The notes beneath the pieces were generated by a model. The model did not search any database and had not been told where the DNA came from. It saw nothing but the letters and a program-made list of their open reading frames with translations. Shown here one piece after another: positions 28,662-37,973 of a stretch of DNA of 64,000 nt. This stretch comes from an uncultured Rhodobacteraceae bacterium (GTDB lineage: Bacteria > Pseudomonadota > Alphaproteobacteria > Rhodobacterales > Rhodobacteraceae): NCBI GenBank assembly GCA_965656445.1, contig CBFHKO010000001.1, forward strand, positions 764,212 through 828,211. Reading direction: 5' to 3'. Within the stretch, counting starts at the first letter, position 1. Every line of letters starts with the position of its first letter. Made by a program: the position numbers and the translations under genes.

Positions 28662-30176
28662 ATGTTTGAAAATCTGTCCGACCGCCTCTCTGGCGTTTTT
28701 GATCGACTGACCAAACAAGGTGCCTTATCCGAAGATGACGTCAAAACCGCTCTGCGTGAGGTGCGCGTCGCCCTCCTCGAGGCCGATGTCTCCCTCCCTG
28801 TTGCGCGTGATTTTGTCAAAGCAGTCCAAGACAAGGCCACAGGCCAGGCCGTCACAAAATCCATTACACCCGGTCAACAAGTCGTCAAAATCGTGCATGA
28901 CGAATTGGTCCATGTCCTCACTGGGGACGAAGACGCAGGCAAGCTCAAAATCGACAGCCCTCCCGCACCGATCTTGATGGTCGGCTTGCAAGGCTCTGGT
29001 AAAACCACAACCACGGCCAAACTCGCCAAACGCCTCAAAGAAAAAGATGGCAAGCGTGTTCTCATGGCCTCCCTCGACGTCAATCGCCCCGCCGCGATGG
29101 AACAGCTACAAATCTTGGGCGTTCAAATCGGCGTCGATACCCTCCCCATTATCAAAGGCGAAGACCCCGTCGCCATTGCCAAGCGCGCGAAAACCCAAGC
29201 TGCCTTGGGTGGATATGATGTCTATATGCTCGACACCGCGGGCCGCTTGCACATTGACCAAGAACTGATCGCCCAAGCTGCCGCCGTGCGCGATGTGGCC
29301 AACCCCCGCGAAACGCTCTTGGTGGTAGATGGCCTCACGGGTCAAGACGCGGTGAATGTCGCCACGGAATTTGACGACAAAATCGGCGTCACAGGCGTTG
29401 TCCTCACGCGAATGGACGGCGATGGCCGCGGCGGTGCAGCACTTTCGATGCGCGCGGTCACGGGCAAACCAATCCGCTTTGTCGGACTTGGCGAAAAAAT
29501 GGACGCGATCGAAACCTTTGAGCCCGATCGTATCGCAGGCCGCATCCTTGGCATGGGCGATATCGTTGCTTTGGTTGAAAAAGCCCAAGAAACCATTGAG
29601 GCCGAACAAGCCGAACGCATGATGAAACGGTTCCAAAAGGGCCAGTTCAACATGAACGATCTGAAAATGCAGCTCGAACAAATGTCAAAAATGGGCGGCA
29701 TGGAAAGCATCATGGGCATGCTCCCTGGTATGGGCAAAATGGCAAAACAAGCCGCGGAGGCAGGCATTGACGACAAAGTCCTCAGCCACCAAGTGGCCCT
29801 CATCAATTCAATGACCAAAAAAGAACGCGCCAATCCGCAAATTCTACAAGCCAGCCGCAAAAAGCGCATCGCCGCAGGGGCGGGATTAGAGGTCAGCGAT
29901 CTCAACAAGCTTCTCAAAATGCAGCGCCAGATGTCAGACATGATGAAAAAGATGGGCAAAATGGGCAAAGGCGGCATGCTGAAACAAGCCATGAAAGGCA
30001 TGATGGGCAAAGGCGGCGGAATGCCCGCTGGTTTGGACCCAAGCCAAATGGACCCCAAAGCCCTCGAAGCCGCCGCCAAACAAATGGGCGCAGGCCTTCC
30101 TGGCAAACTCCCCGGCCTCGGCGGAATAGGCGGCGGCCTCCCCGGCGGCCTCAGCGGTTTCGGGAAAAAGAAATAA
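28662..30176 (+). CDS. ffh: Signal recognition particle protein Ffh
   Basis: MFENLSDRLSGVFDRL, GLQGSGKTTT, DTAGRL and a Met-rich M domain with a Gly/Met-rich tail. Confidence 0.96.
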   Translation: MFENLSDRLSGVFDRLTKQGALSEDDVKTALREVRVALLEADVSLPVARDFVKAVQDKATGQAVTKSITPGQQVVKIVHDELVHVLTGDEDAGKLKIDSPPAPILMVGLQGSGKTTTTAKLAKRLKEKDGKRVLMASLDVNRPAAMEQLQILGVQIGVDTLPIIKGEDPVAIAKRAKTQAALGGYDVYMLDTAGRLHIDQELIAQAAAVRDVANPRETLLVVDGLTGQDAVNVATEFDDKIGVTGVVLTRMDGDGRGGAALSMRAVTGKPIRFVGLGEKMDAIETFEPDRIAGRILGMGDIVALVEKAQETIEAEQAERMMKRFQKGQFNMNDLKMQLEQMSKMGGMESIMGMLPGMGKMAKQAAEAGIDDKVLSHQVALINSMTKKERANPQILQASRKKRIAAGAGLEVSDLNKLLKMQRQMSDMMKKMGKMGKGGMLKQAMKGMMGKGGGMPAGLDPSQMDPKALEAAAKQMGAGLPGKLPGLGGIGGGLPGGLSGFGKKK

Positions 30177-30179
30177 GCT

Positions 30180-30707
30180 ATGATTGCCACCACTCTACAT
30201 ACGCTTCGCCTAACGCTGCGAAAACCAATCATAGATGACCTTAAGGCCTTATGTGATTTCTATGCATCTCCACGCGAAAGCTACCTCGGCGGACCAAAAT
30301 CTGAACCAGACGTGGCGGAAAAACTGTTGGGCATCATTGGCCAATGGACCACATTCGGAACGGGCCGTTTCATTCTACAAGATCGCAATTCACAGCGTCC
30401 TATAGGACATGCTGGATTAATTTTGCTATCCAAGACCCGTGTTCCAGAAATCGCTTGGTGCCTGTGGTCTGAAAAAGACGAAGGCAAGGGCTATATCAAA
30501 GAAGCAATGCTAGAAATTATCGACTTTACCAAAAGCAATTTCGCTTGGCCCCACGCAAACATGTTAATCGAACCAACAAATCAACGATCGGTCAACCTTG
30601 CTCGTAGCTTGAAGGCAACCCTTATTCCAGAGCCAAACTTGGACGATATCCATAGTCTCACAAAATATGAGCTATACCGCCTCCCTTTGAACGAGGGTGA
30701 CAGATGA
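30180..30707 (+). CDS. GNAT family N-acetyltransferase (RimJ/RimL-like)
   Basis: 175 aa with an Acetyltransf_3-like pattern (LRLTLRKP..., GKGYIKEAM, NQRSVNLARSL). Confidence 0.75.
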   Translation: MIATTLHTLRLTLRKPIIDDLKALCDFYASPRESYLGGPKSEPDVAEKLLGIIGQWTTFGTGRFILQDRNSQRPIGHAGLILLSKTRVPEIAWCLWSEKDEGKGYIKEAMLEIIDFTKSNFAWPHANMLIEPTNQRSVNLARSLKATLIPEPNLDDIHSLTKYELYRLPLNEGDR

Positions 30708-30725
30708 CACATAAACCGATCTCGC

Positions 30726-30767
30726 CTTCTTCTTTTCCAAAATATCCTCGCCGAAGGCATCCCCGCC
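30726..30767. repeat. 42-bp dispersed repeat, copy 2 (CTTCTTCTTTTCCAAAATATCCTCGCCGAAGGCATCCCCGCC)
   Basis: 39/42 identical to 18909-18950. Intergenic, between the two GNAT genes. Confidence 0.8.
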
Positions 30768-30855
30768 TTCATTCCGTGCAAACGGTAACAGCAGCATATC
30801 GCATCTCAACTGATACAAAATCAGCCATGCGGCAGCATGTCCGAAAGGTCAGCCC

Positions 30856-31380
30856 ATGCTGACCAATGCCCCCACGCTCCACTCAGACACCCTAATCCTG
30901 CGCGGTCCTGAAAAACGCGATGCGGAGCCTATGATCAATTTCCTCTTGGATCAAAAGCGCGCCGCAGGGTTCGGATCGTCTCCAAATCGTGGGGATGCAT
31001 GGCGCTGGTTCTCTCTGAATGTGGGTCATTGGCATTGGCATGGCTACGGCTATTTCACCATTGAAACCAAAGAAGGTGACATCGCTGGCATCAGCGGCAT
31101 TTGGAACCCAGAAGGTTGGCCAGAACCCGAAGTCGGCTGGGTCGTCTTTGACGGCTTTGAAGGTCGCTCCATCGCTTATGAGGCCGCAACACGCGCGCGC
31201 CGCTGGGCCTATGAGGATCTCGGCTTCACCACCCTTACCTCGAACATCGTTCCTGGCAATACGCGGTCCGTCAAATTGGCTGAACGCATGGGGGCGACCT
31301 ATGAGCGGACCTATATGAACATCAATATGGGCGAAGACATGCTCTATCGTCACCCCGCGCCAAGTGAGGTGATCGCATGA
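30856..31380 (+). CDS. GNAT family N-acetyltransferase (RimJ/RimL-like)
   Basis: 174 aa (LILRGPEKRDAEPM..., GRSIAYEAATRARRWAYEDLGF, GNTRSVKLAERMG). Confidence 0.8.
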   Translation: MLTNAPTLHSDTLILRGPEKRDAEPMINFLLDQKRAAGFGSSPNRGDAWRWFSLNVGHWHWHGYGYFTIETKEGDIAGISGIWNPEGWPEPEVGWVVFDGFEGRSIAYEAATRARRWAYEDLGFTTLTSNIVPGNTRSVKLAERMGATYERTYMNINMGEDMLYRHPAPSEVIA

Positions 31381-31388
31381 CATACCGC

Positions 31389-31426
31389 ACCGACGCAATA
31401 CCGACGTTGTACCGACGCAATACCGA
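31389..31426 (+). repeat. Tandem direct repeat ACCGACGCAATACCGA x2, 22-bp period
   Basis: Perfect 16-mers at 31389-31404 and 31411-31426, 24 bp upstream of the chorismate mutase ATG. Confidence 0.85.
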
Positions 31427-31449
31427 ACCGCATTTTGGGGGATCAAAAC

Positions 31450-31746
31450 ATGACTGACGCCGTCACCCGCGCTGCTGACATTCTCAAAGGACATCGCGCC
31501 AGCATCGACCGCTTGGATGCGATTTTGGTCTATACCCTTGGCGAACGCTTCAAGCATACCCAAGCCGTCGGCAAGCTCAAAGCAGAGCACGATTTGCCCC
31601 CCTCTGATCCGACACGCGAAGAAAACCAAATCGCGCGTCTCGAAGCCCTTGCAACCGAGGCCGACCTCGACCCCGAGTTTGCTAAGAAATTCCTGAACTT
31701 CATCATTCAGGAAGTCATACGACACCATAAACAACACCAATCTTAG
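31450..31746 (+). CDS. Chorismate mutase (AroQ class)
   Basis: IDRLDAILVYTLGERF...LPPSDPTREENQIARL. ATG 31450 with GGGGGA upstream; the track ORF starts at TTG 31435. Confidence 0.8.
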   Translation: MTDAVTRAADILKGHRASIDRLDAILVYTLGERFKHTQAVGKLKAEHDLPPSDPTREENQIARLEALATEADLDPEFAKKFLNFIIQEVIRHHKQHQS

Positions 31747-31785
31747 GGGTCCGCCCCTAACCGCCATTCTTAAGGAGAACAAACA

Positions 31786-32160
31786 ATGGCTATGAAAATC
31801 CGTCTTGCCCGTGGTGGCTCAAAAAAGCGTCCTTTCTATCGTATCGTTGCGGCTGATAGCCGTATGCCACGCGATGGTCGCTATGTTGAAAAACTCGGCA
31901 CATATAACCCACTTCTTCCAAAAGACAGCGAAGAGCGCGTAAAAATGAATGTTGAGCGCGTTCAGTACTGGTTGGGCCAAGGCGCACAGGTCACTGACCG
32001 TGTCTCTCGCTTCCTAGAAGCCGCAGACGTGCTTCCTAAGAAAGAGCGCAACAACCCGAAAAAAGCGGTTCCAGGCAAAAAAGCTCAAGAGCGCGCAGAA
32101 GAAAAAGCAGCCAAAGCAGCAGAGGCTTCTGAGGCAGCTGCAGCACCTGCAGAAGAGTAA
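31786..32160 (+). CDS. rpsP: 30S ribosomal protein S16 with Lys/Ala-rich C-terminal tail
   Basis: [32 protein letters not shown]. Confidence 0.96.
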   Translation: MAMKIRLARGGSKKRPFYRIVAADSRMPRDGRYVEKLGTYNPLLPKDSEERVKMNVERVQYWLGQGAQVTDRVSRFLEAADVLPKKERNNPKKAVPGKKAQERAEEKAAKAAEASEAAAAPAEE

Positions 32161-32170
32161 ATTCAATTTG

Positions 32171-32198
32171 GCCCGAATTCAGGTTCGGGCCATTTTTT
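32171..32198 (+). terminator. Rho-independent terminator after rpsP
   Basis: GCCCGAA-TTCAGG-TTCGGGC followed by CATTTTTT. Confidence 0.75.
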
Positions 32199-32215
32199 CC
32201 GCTTAGGGTATTGAA

Positions 32216-32362
32216 ATGTTTCGGTTAATTCGACTTGTATTTTTTGTGTCTCTCGCATTCGTCGCTGGAATGATCTATGAAACACAATCAAATACAATTC
32301 AAATTGACCGCTGTCTCGACGTTGGAGGACAGTGGAATGAGATCGGTTTCTGTGAAAGGTAA
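32216..32362 (+). CDS. Candidate unannotated 48-aa small membrane protein
   Basis: Own translation: MFRLIRLVFFVSLAFVAGMIYETQSNTIQIDRCLDVGGQWNEIGFCER. One TM segment plus two Cys, and the stop lies 6 nt before the rimM ATG. Below the ORF-track length cut-off. Confidence 0.3.
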   Translation: MFRLIRLVFFVSLAFVAGMIYETQSNTIQIDRCLDVGGQWNEIGFCER

Positions 32363-32368
32363 CCCGTC

Positions 32369-32890
32369 ATGAGCGACTTGATTTGTGTAGGTTCTATTGG
32401 GGGCGCCTTTGGTGTCAAAGGCGAGGTTCGCCTTAAAAGCTTTACCGCTGATCCTCTTGCTATTCTTGACTATGCCCCGCTGGTCACAGAAGACGGGTCG
32501 CGAGATTTTGATTTGGTTTTAACAGGCCAAACCAAAAATGGCCTGACCGCAAGAATGACAGGCATTGTCTCCAAAGAAGACGCCGATGCCCTAAAGGGCG
32601 TTAAACTCTTTGCACCGCGTGATCGCCTTCCAGAAACAGAGGATGACGAATATTATTACGCTGATCTTGTTGGCCTGACGGTCTTTGACACAGGCGGAAC
32701 AGCCCTTGGAACCGTGAAATCCGTACAAAACCATGGGGCGAGCGATTTATTGGAAATCAAACTTCCAACCACATCCGCAACCGTCCTCTTACCCTTTACA
32801 AAAGCGGCGGTTCCAACCGTTGATATCGCCACAGGTCGTATTGTCGCTGATCCACCATCGGGGGTCTTTCCGGACGATGCCACAGAATAA
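32369..32890 (+). CDS. rimM: 16S rRNA processing protein RimM
   Basis: [22 protein letters not shown] and a PRC-barrel C-terminus. Conserved position. Confidence 0.9.
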   Translation: MSDLICVGSIGGAFGVKGEVRLKSFTADPLAILDYAPLVTEDGSRDFDLVLTGQTKNGLTARMTGIVSKEDADALKGVKLFAPRDRLPETEDDEYYYADLVGLTVFDTGGTALGTVKSVQNHGASDLLEIKLPTTSATVLLPFTKAAVPTVDIATGRIVADPPSGVFPDDATE

Positions 32891-33674
32891 ATCACACGGC
32901 AAACTGTCGATCTCTGCATCGCTCAAGCCACGCGAATTGATGCAGCATAATCCACGGCTGGCCCAAACATGGACAGCACAGATTATCACCTTGTTTCCAC
33001 AGGCTTTTCCGGGTGTCCTCGGGGCGAGTCTAACGGGTAAAGCCCTCCAAGATCGCAAGTGGGCTTTGGACACAATTGACCTGCGCGCCTTTGGTGATGG
33101 CAAACACAAAAACGTTGATGACACACCTGCAGGGGGGGGCGCGGGTATGGTTCTGCGCGCCGATGTTGTGGGCAAGGCCATAGACCACGCGGCGGCAAAC
33201 GCACCGCAAGGGCGGCCTATTGTTTACCTTTCACCACGCGGCAAACCCTTTACCCAAGCCAAGGCCCAAGAATGGTCCCAAGGATCTGGTGTCATCCTCT
33301 TATGCGGCCGCTTTGAAGGGGTCGATCAACGTGTTTTGGATCACTACAATATCGAAGAAGTCTCACTCGGTGATTTCGTCCTGACAGGGGGTGAAATCGC
33401 GGCACAAGCGATGATTGACGCAACTGTGCGCTTGCTTCCTGAGGTTCTTGGAAATGCCGCCTCCACCGAGGAAGAAAGCCATTCAAACGGGCTATTAGAA
33501 CACCCTCAATACACCCGGCCCCCGGTTTGGAACGGCCTCGACATCCCAGAGGTGCTGCAATCAGGGCATCATGGAAAGATTGAGAAATGGCGCAAAGAGC
33601 AATCGCATCAGCTCACCCAAGAAAGGCGACCAGATTTGTGGGCGGCCTATACAAATCACCACGGCAAAGACTAA
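32877..33674 (+). CDS. trmD: tRNA (guanine37-N1)-methyltransferase
   Basis: [33 protein letters not shown] and [15 protein letters not shown]. Start moved to ATG 32877, which overlaps the rimM end. The track ORF begins at 32733. Confidence 0.92.
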   Translation: MPQNKSHGKLSISASLKPRELMQHNPRLAQTWTAQIITLFPQAFPGVLGASLTGKALQDRKWALDTIDLRAFGDGKHKNVDDTPAGGGAGMVLRADVVGKAIDHAAANAPQGRPIVYLSPRGKPFTQAKAQEWSQGSGVILLCGRFEGVDQRVLDHYNIEEVSLGDFVLTGGEIAAQAMIDATVRLLPEVLGNAASTEEESHSNGLLEHPQYTRPPVWNGLDIPEVLQSGHHGKIEKWRKEQSHQLTQERRPDLWAAYTNHHGKD

Positions 33675-33969
33675 CGGGCCCAAATCGGTGATTTTGACCA
33701 AAAATCACCCTAAATGACCTGTATTTTCGCAAGAAAATCCCTTGCGGTCACACCCATTTGTCACTAATTAACGCACCAGTGGTTAAAGGGGATTCTATAT
33801 CCCCTCTTTCTGTTGTGGCTCCTTCGGTCATAAATATGCAGATCTTCCACATCAAGTAATGACGACCTAATTCTCTGGCGGGCTGACTTTTCGGGACCCG
33901 ATCGAAGACCAAGAGCTCTGAGGCGCGCAACAAACTTTACGGACCAACCGTAAGCATAGGAGAATAGCG

Positions 33970-34353
33970 ATGGATATTATCGCACAGATTGAAGCGGAAC
34001 AAATTGCCGCTCTCGGGGCAAACATTCCCGATTTCAAAGCCGGCGACACAATTCGCGTAGGTTACAAAGTGACCGAAGGCACACGGACACGTGTTCAGAA
34101 CTACGAAGGCGTTTGCATTGCACGTAACAACGGCAAAGGCATCGCGGGTTCTTTCACAGTTCGCAAAATTTCATTCGGTGAAGGCGTGGAACGTGTATTC
34201 CCACTTTACTCAACAAACATCGACAGCATCACAGTTGTTCGCCGCGGCCGTGTTCGTCGTGCGAAGCTTTACTACTTGCGCTCACGTCGTGGTAAGTCTG
34301 CTCGTATCGCAGAAGTTACAAACTACAAGCCGCTATCTGGCGATAAAGCATAA
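33970..34353 (+). CDS. rplS: 50S ribosomal protein L19
   Basis: [31 protein letters not shown]...RRAKLYYLR. Confidence 0.96.
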   Translation: MDIIAQIEAEQIAALGANIPDFKAGDTIRVGYKVTEGTRTRVQNYEGVCIARNNGKGIAGSFTVRKISFGEGVERVFPLYSTNIDSITVVRRGRVRRAKLYYLRSRRGKSARIAEVTNYKPLSGDKA

Positions 34354-34364
34354 GGATTGGCGAT

Positions 34365-34586
34365 ATGAGAAAAGATATCCACCCAGACTATCACTTCATC
34401 GACGTCAAAATGACCGATGGCACAATCATCAAAATGCGCTCAACTTGGGGCAAAGAGGGCGACACAATGGCGCTTGATATTGACCCAACTGCGCACCCTG
34501 CATGGAACGGTGGCAGCACACGTCTTCTTGACCAAGGCGGTCGTGTTTCCAAGTTTAAAAAGAAATACGAAGGTTTGGGCTTCTAA
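34365..34586 (+). CDS. rpmE: 50S ribosomal protein L31
   Basis: [10 protein letters not shown]...STWGKEG...HPAWNG...[11 protein letters not shown] form lacking the CxxC zinc motif. Confidence 0.92.
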   Translation: MRKDIHPDYHFIDVKMTDGTIIKMRSTWGKEGDTMALDIDPTAHPAWNGGSTRLLDQGGRVSKFKKKYEGLGF

Positions 34587-34607
34587 GCCAGCTTCCTTCT
34601 GGATTTC

Positions 34608-34637
34608 AAAACGCCGCTCTTTGAAGCGGCGTTTTTT
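34608..34637 (+). terminator. Rho-independent terminator after rpmE
   Basis: ACGCCGCT-CTTTGA-AGCGGCGT followed by TTTTTT. Confidence 0.8.
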
Positions 34638-34687
34638 ATTGATATACGCAATTTATAGAAATCATTGGCACGTCGTCGTTCCCACTT

Positions 34688-35863
34688 TTGCATTTTGAGG
34701 ACAGCACACTGAAGCAACCAGACAGCATTACGACACTGCCAGACAACAGTGCGATTTGGATCTATGTCTCTGAATATGCACGCCATGGCGCCGTCAGCGG
34801 GCTTGTGCACCGCATCCTTGAACAGCGTCCAGACTTGTCGCTCGTCCTGACCTCAACGCACATCACCTTTGAGTATCAAGATGCACGTATCACTGTCCTC
34901 AACGATTTTCAGGAAACGACGCAAACGCGATCCCAATTCTTTGCCTCTTTCGCACCCCATGTTGTCATCTGGGTTGGAGGAAGCTTGTCGCATGCCATGA
35001 TGTCAACGTTCCAAGGTCCAGAAACCTGTGCCATTTTGGCGGACGCCCACGCGGATGGATTTGCCTTACGTAAAATGGCGTTTCTGCCGAATCCAGACAA
35101 ACGGACGTTGCAAAGCTTTGATGCGATATTTCCCATCGATCAAGCAGCTCAAAATACATTGGCCAAACTCGGGATTGTCCCCGAAAAACTTACCGCCTGT
35201 GGCGCGATGCAGGCCTCTATCGCCTTGGATCAGAGCCAAGAACAGAACGATCAAGAGCCGCTCCGCATAGGGTCACGGAACTGTTGGTATGCAGCCCAGC
35301 TTAGTCCAGACGAATTACCCTCAATTTTGCGCGCGCATCAAAATATTCTGCGACTAAGCCACAGCACCTTGTTGTTGCTCGCTGCCCAATCAGAGGGCCA
35401 TGCAACTGAGATCGCACACACCTTGAGCACATTCAATTTACGCGGCGTTATTTTGGAAGCAGACTCTCCCCCAGATGCAAATATCCAAGTTGGAATTCAT
35501 ATCTGCGACAGGGGCGATGATATTGCACTTTATCGTGCGGCCTCGGTCAGCTTTTTGGGACACTCCCTCTTGTCAGGCCAAAGGGGAACATCCCCCACCC
35601 AAGCGGCGGCTGTGGGCTCCGCGAATTGTTATGGGCCCAATAGCTCAGATCATTCCGAGCTGTATTCCAAACTCGCCCAAGTTGGCGGCGCGCGGATGGT
35701 CAATGACGCTGATAGTCTGGCCCAAGCTGTTGGACATATGTTGACCGCATCCAATGCGGCCACCATGGCCTTGAATGCATGGAGCGTTATGACCGAAGGT
35801 GCCGAGATTACAGATCACATTGTTGACCTTGCGCTCGGTCATTTGGATGAGATAGGCATTTAG
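34688..35863 (+). CDS. KdtA/WaaA-like (Kdo transferase family) protein with divergent signature motifs
   Basis: Position immediately upstream of lpxK. Collinear similarity to remembered KdtA blocks (RPDLSLVLTS, HVVIWVGGSL, C-terminal GP...LAQVGGARMVNDADSLAQAV). TTG start; the N-terminus is shorter than a canonical KdtA. Confidence 0.55.
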   Translation: MHFEDSTLKQPDSITTLPDNSAIWIYVSEYARHGAVSGLVHRILEQRPDLSLVLTSTHITFEYQDARITVLNDFQETTQTRSQFFASFAPHVVIWVGGSLSHAMMSTFQGPETCAILADAHADGFALRKMAFLPNPDKRTLQSFDAIFPIDQAAQNTLAKLGIVPEKLTACGAMQASIALDQSQEQNDQEPLRIGSRNCWYAAQLSPDELPSILRAHQNILRLSHSTLLLLAAQSEGHATEIAHTLSTFNLRGVILEADSPPDANIQVGIHICDRGDDIALYRAASVSFLGHSLLSGQRGTSPTQAAAVGSANCYGPNSSDHSELYSKLAQVGGARMVNDADSLAQAVGHMLTASNAATMALNAWSVMTEGAEITDHIVDLALGHLDEIGI

Positions 35864-35865
35864 AT

Positions 35866-36864
35866 ATGCAAGCACCCCGTTTTTGGTTCAAACCTCCGCA
35901 ACACTTCGATTTACGTGCAACCTTGCTCGCTCCTCTTGGTGCTCTTTATGCCTTTGCAACCGCGCGGCGTGTCGGTACTGCGGCGGTGATGCGGGCGAAA
36001 TGCCCTATAATTTGCATTGGCAATATTAATGCAGGTGGGACTGGGAAAACTCCGACGACCATCGCTTTGGCACAGCACCTCATTTACCAGGGTTATGAGG
36101 TCCATATTGTCTCGCGTGGCTATGGTGGTCAACTTAAGGGCCCAATCGAGGTCAACCCAACGCAGCATCGCGCCCGTCAAGTGGGGGATGAGCCTTTGCT
36201 TTTGGCGGCTTTTGCGCGCACATGGGTCGCTGATGATCGAGGTGCTGGTATCAAGCAAGCCATCGCCGAGGGCGCTCAGGTTATTTTGATGGATGACGGA
36301 TTTCAGGATCCCAAGGTTCACAAAGATATGTCGTTGATCGTTGTTGATGCTGCCAAAGGGTTTGGCAATGGTCGATGCCTTCCGGCTGGCCCCTTGCGTG
36401 AACCCGTCGCGGCAGGCATGCGACGCGCGGATGCTGTGATTTCCATTGGTGAGACTGAGGCGCAGGATAAATTCTCCATTCTTTGGGGATCCCATATCAC
36501 GCAACCGCATTTACGGGCGGAACTCGTGCCCCTTGAAACGGGAATGGATTGGAAAACGGGTCAATTTATTGCCTTTGCAGGCATTGGTCATCCAGAGAAG
36601 TTTTTTGACACATTGAGATCTCTTGGCGCCAATCTTTTACGCACGGAGGCATTAGATGATCATCAGCCTTTGACACCTGCATTGGTCAAGCGTCTCAAGG
36701 CAGAGGCCGCGCAAACAGGCGCGCAATTGGTCACAACAGAAAAAGACGCAGCCCGTCTTCCTAGTGAATTTCGCAGTGACGTGATGGCACTTCCTGTTCG
36801 GCTTGAATTTAGAGATCAGGACGCTTTGGAACAGCTGCTTGCTCCAATCTTGCCGAGCCGTTAA
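35866..36864 (+). CDS. lpxK: Tetraacyldisaccharide 4'-kinase
   Basis: P-loop GNINAGGTGKTPT, SRGYGG and DDGFQ motifs. Confidence 0.9.
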   Translation: MQAPRFWFKPPQHFDLRATLLAPLGALYAFATARRVGTAAVMRAKCPIICIGNINAGGTGKTPTTIALAQHLIYQGYEVHIVSRGYGGQLKGPIEVNPTQHRARQVGDEPLLLAAFARTWVADDRGAGIKQAIAEGAQVILMDDGFQDPKVHKDMSLIVVDAAKGFGNGRCLPAGPLREPVAAGMRRADAVISIGETEAQDKFSILWGSHITQPHLRAELVPLETGMDWKTGQFIAFAGIGHPEKFFDTLRSLGANLLRTEALDDHQPLTPALVKRLKAEAAQTGAQLVTTEKDAARLPSEFRSDVMALPVRLEFRDQDALEQLLAPILPSR

Positions 36865-37973
36865 TCCCGCTGGCCCAGCTTGGGAGAGGGGCGATCAAGC
36901 GCCAAGTCCGCATCGGAAAATTTGAACGGTGATCGCACCCCTGACACGCCGTCGAAATCTAGTTGAAGCTGACGATGGCGCACTTGGGGGTCATCGAAAA
37001 CTTCATCGAGTGAATTGATAGGTCCAGCTGGAACGCCCTTGTCTTCGCAAGCCTGCAACAGACCCTGTTTGGTCATTTTTTGCGTGACACCTGTGAGACG
37101 TCCCGTCAGCTCATCGCGATTTGCGAGACGATCAGCATTCGTTACATATTTAGGATCACAAGCCAGATCGGAGAGGTTCAAAACCTCACATAAGCGCGCA
37201 AACTGAGCATCGTTGCCTACAGCAATAATGATGTGACCATCGCTGCATTCAAACACTTGGTAGGGCGATAAATTGGGGTGGAAATTTCCAATGCGAGACG
37301 GCGCAACCCCTGTCGACAGATAGTTCATCGACTGATTGGCCATAATGCTCACGGCACTATCAAGGAGAGACATGTCAATATGCTGGCCTTTGCCCGTGGT
37401 GTGCCGCATATGCAGCGCGGATAAGATCGCCGTTGTGGCATAAACCCCTGTAAAGACATCTGTGATGGCCACACCGGCGCGCGTGGGCATCCCATCGGGA
37501 TCACCCGTCACAGACATAAAGCCTGACATGCCTTGGATGATATAATCATACCCAGCGCGATGCGCATATGGGCCGGTCTGACCAAACCCCGTGATAGAGC
37601 AATAGATGAGCCTTGGGTTCAATTCTGATAGGGTTGTGTAATCTAGCCCATATTTCGCAAGGCCGCCCACTTTGAAGTTCTCAATCAGGATATCCGCATC
37701 CTTGATAAGGTCACGAATGGCCGATTGGCCTTCTGGTGTTTTGAAATCAATAACGACGCTTGATTTTCCACGGTTGCAAGAATGGAAGTAGGCCGCTGAT
37801 GTATCCTCCCCCCGCTCAACAAAGGGAGGGCCCCATTTGCGTGTGTCATCCCCTTGGGGAGATTCAATCTTGATCACTTCCGCCCCTAAATCAGCTAATG
37901 TTTGGCCAGCCCAAGGGCCAGCCAAAATACGCGCCAATTCAATGACCTTTAACCCATCAAGCGGCGTTGTCAT
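36861..37973 (-). CDS. CaiB/BaiF family (type III) CoA-transferase
   Basis: LDGLKVIELARILAGPWAGQTLADLGAEVIKIE and the interlocked-dimer family pattern. The ATG overlaps the dsbA stop (TAATG). Confidence 0.88.
   Translation of the reverse strand: MTTPLDGLKVIELARILAGPWAGQTLADLGAEVIKIESPQGDDTRKWGPPFVERGEDTSAAYFHSCNRGKSSVVIDFKTPEGQSAIRDLIKDADILIENFKVGGLAKYGLDYTTLSELNPRLIYCSITGFGQTGPYAHRAGYDYIIQGMSGFMSVTGDPDGMPTRAGVAITDVFTGVYATTAILSALHMRHTTGKGQHIDMSLLDSAVSIMANQSMNYLSTGVAPSRIGNFHPNLSPYQVFECSDGHIIIAVGNDAQFARLCEVLNLSDLACDPKYVTNADRLANRDELTGRLTGVTQKMTKQGLLQACEDKGVPAGPINSLDEVFDDPQVRHRQLQLDFDGVSGVRSPFKFSDADLALDRPSPKLGQRD

Noticed and set aside
29900-30176. Repetitive Met/Gly/Lys-rich C-terminal tail of Ffh (29900-30176) and Lys/Ala-rich tail of S16 (32030-32160).
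   Set aside because: These are known lineage-typical extensions of these proteins in alphaproteobacteria, not separate features.
29342-30232. 296-aa minus-strand ORF antisense to the ffh M-domain and tail.
   Set aside because: The sequence is a low-complexity Pro/Ala/Ile/Arg-rich mirror of the Met/Gly/Lys-rich Ffh tail. Ffh on the plus strand is certain.
30892-31782. 296-aa minus-strand ORF spanning the second GNAT gene, the spacer and chorismate mutase.
   Set aside because: Both plus-strand proteins have clear family motifs, and the long antisense frame has none.
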